Shown piece after piece: positions 62,072-64,000 of a stretch of 64,000 nucleotides of DNA (positions are counted from its first letter, which is position 1; each line of letters opens with the position of its first letter). Below the pieces are notes generated by a model that did not search any database, was not told the DNA's origin, and was given only the letters and a program-made list of their open reading frames with translations. Position numbers and translations under genes: made by a program. The DNA comes from the human T2T-CHM13v2.0 reference genome, Homo sapiens. The stretch lies in the NCBI RefSeq assembly GCF_009914755.1, contig NC_060925.1; one strand, 5' to 3'.

Positions 62072-64000
62072 GTAGGGAAGGAAAGGGGACCAGGAAGCTC
62101 TCATCCGGGTGTCCTGGTCATGGTGCTGTGAGGGGAGGAGGCAATGGGGTCTCTTCGTGCTCCCTCAGAGTCAAGCAGAAATCCACAATGTTCCAACCCA
62201 GTGAGGTGAGCAAGAGCCTGGGGTTTAGGATCAAATCTGCTCTCAGGTCCTGGGCTTAACCCTTACTCATTATTCATCTCGGCCAAGTTATTTGTGGTGT
62301 TGGCATTTACATCTCAGTCCTGTCATCTGAGAGACCTGAAAAATAATATCTACATTCCATCATTGTTGATAACATTAATTATGATAATTTCCAAAGGGCT
62401 AATTCAGTAAAAATTGCTTAATAAATCTATGAATAGATGTTATCTAATTCTGTTATCTTTCTGGTAAGTTAGCACTCAGGAAATGACTTCACGTGCATTG
62501 TTTCAACTGAGGAAGAGTAACTGTTAGGATCTCTACTTTCTAGAGACTCCCTTCCTGTGTTTACTTAGAAAGTATCTTTTGCCAGTTTTCTTTCTCTTCC
62601 TCAGCATCCCTTTTTAAGTCAATTTCCCCCGGTCATGCACTTCAGTAACAACCTATTAGGCACATTAGTAAAAGTGCAAATCCTGGGCCCACAAGTCAGT
62701 CTCCTGACATACCCAGCTTCTTGCTCTGTTTTCTCCCCTCGTTTTGAAATAAAAGAATGAAAGGGCAACCTTCTCATGGAAAGGGTATAAATCTGTCTCT
62801 TTTATGAAACTCCATTTAGTTCATCATCTCCATTCATGCCCACGGCCATGTCCTCAGTTTTCTTCTCACAGGGATCCACTTCTGCCCAGATTTCCTTAAA
62901 ACCCTGGGTTGTGTTCATCCTTACTCTCCGTCCCACTCAATATCTACTCCTGGAGCCCCTGGGGCTGCCTGGTGCTCATCTGTCAATCGATGCCCCCAGC
63001 CGAGGAATAAGGAGACCCACGTCCTCAGGAGGAGGGAGGGTCACGTGAGATAACGAGCACCATCTGGGTCCATGGAGAGGACACATGGAAAACGCTCAGT
63101 GAGTGTCGGGGGATGCGTAGTCCCTGACACGTGCCCTGATAACTTTGAGTATTTAAACTGATTTCTTCCCACTGGTGTCTCTTTTGCTTCTCCATGGATT
63201 CCTGCACCCCTAGTCAGGACTCACCCCGCTGGCTCCAACACTCTTACCTGCTGGCTTTCCCAGGAGTCCGGATCACTAACCAGGTTCCAGGCAAGAGGAC
63301 AGAGTGAATGCCTTTTGTTTCATTGTCCTTTACCTGGTGACTTCTCCTTGCTGTCTAATAGGGCATTTGTTTCTCACCATGTCTTCTCTCTCTCGTTCAT
63401 CTTATTTTTCTAAAATTTTTTCCAGTTTCAGTGGACCAGATTATAATGTTAGTGATTATAACGCTAATTCAACATCTTCCACATCCTTATGTAACAATTT
63501 CTTCCAATAGATTTATATATATAAATATATGCATTTATGTCATTGGATATATATATTATGCATATTTGGCATGTATTTTTAATAAAATGTAGATATATGC
63601 TACATACATATCTGCATGCTCATTTCATCAATATCTCATGTTTAGTCTATCCAATTCTTTTCTCTCATATGTTCATTTAATGTTGAGTTTTAGAATCTCC
63701 TCCCTCCCAAAACACAGCCTGTATCCAGTCTGACTTCCTTGCCTTTGCCTTATCTACCTGGAAACTATTTGTGTTTATTAATCCTAAATTTTTTGAATAT
63801 GTTTGTCAGTTGGGATCACCTTTTCCTCCTGGCAATCTTGTCATTACTGGGTGATGCATGAAAAATCAACAATACAGAAAATACCAAAATGTCTTTCCTG
63901 GCTTCCCTTTACCCGTTGGACTTTCTCATTCAAGACCACTTTCCTTCTCTGATGATCCTCTTGGGTGGAAGAGAAAGTCACAGTAAGATCATGGATGACA

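Overview
Primate (human or great-ape) DNA, rich in repeats, with the hallmarks of the chromosome 1q21/1p segmental-duplication mosaic. No intact protein-coding gene is supported; the ORF track is almost entirely Alu, L1, LTR or chance ORFs. Main content: (1) a divergent variant U1 snRNA gene (12598-12760, +) with DSE/SPH/PSE promoter, intact Sm site and a degenerate 3' box. Its 5' end is changed from CAG|GUAAGUAU to UAC|GUAAGUAU complementarity, and it carries apparent compensatory stem changes. (2) A decayed ERV1-class provirus (about 2070-10723) with two LTRs, a tRNA-Ser(CGA)-type PBS, gag, RNase H, integrase and env remnants but no RT. (3) An NBPF4/6-like pseudo-exon (61835-62071) with an in-frame TGA. 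(4) Two orphan promoter-like regions: CpG-rich at about 46.1 kb and double RFX X-box at about 51.3 kb. (5) A ~12.5 kb block that appears interposed between the two halves of one Alu target-site duplication. (6) A micro-retrocopy of an mRNA 3' end, probably NOP56. No wholly new system can be demonstrated from sequence alone; the best candidate is the altered-specificity U1 variant. Family and gene names rest on recalled sequences, not database searches.
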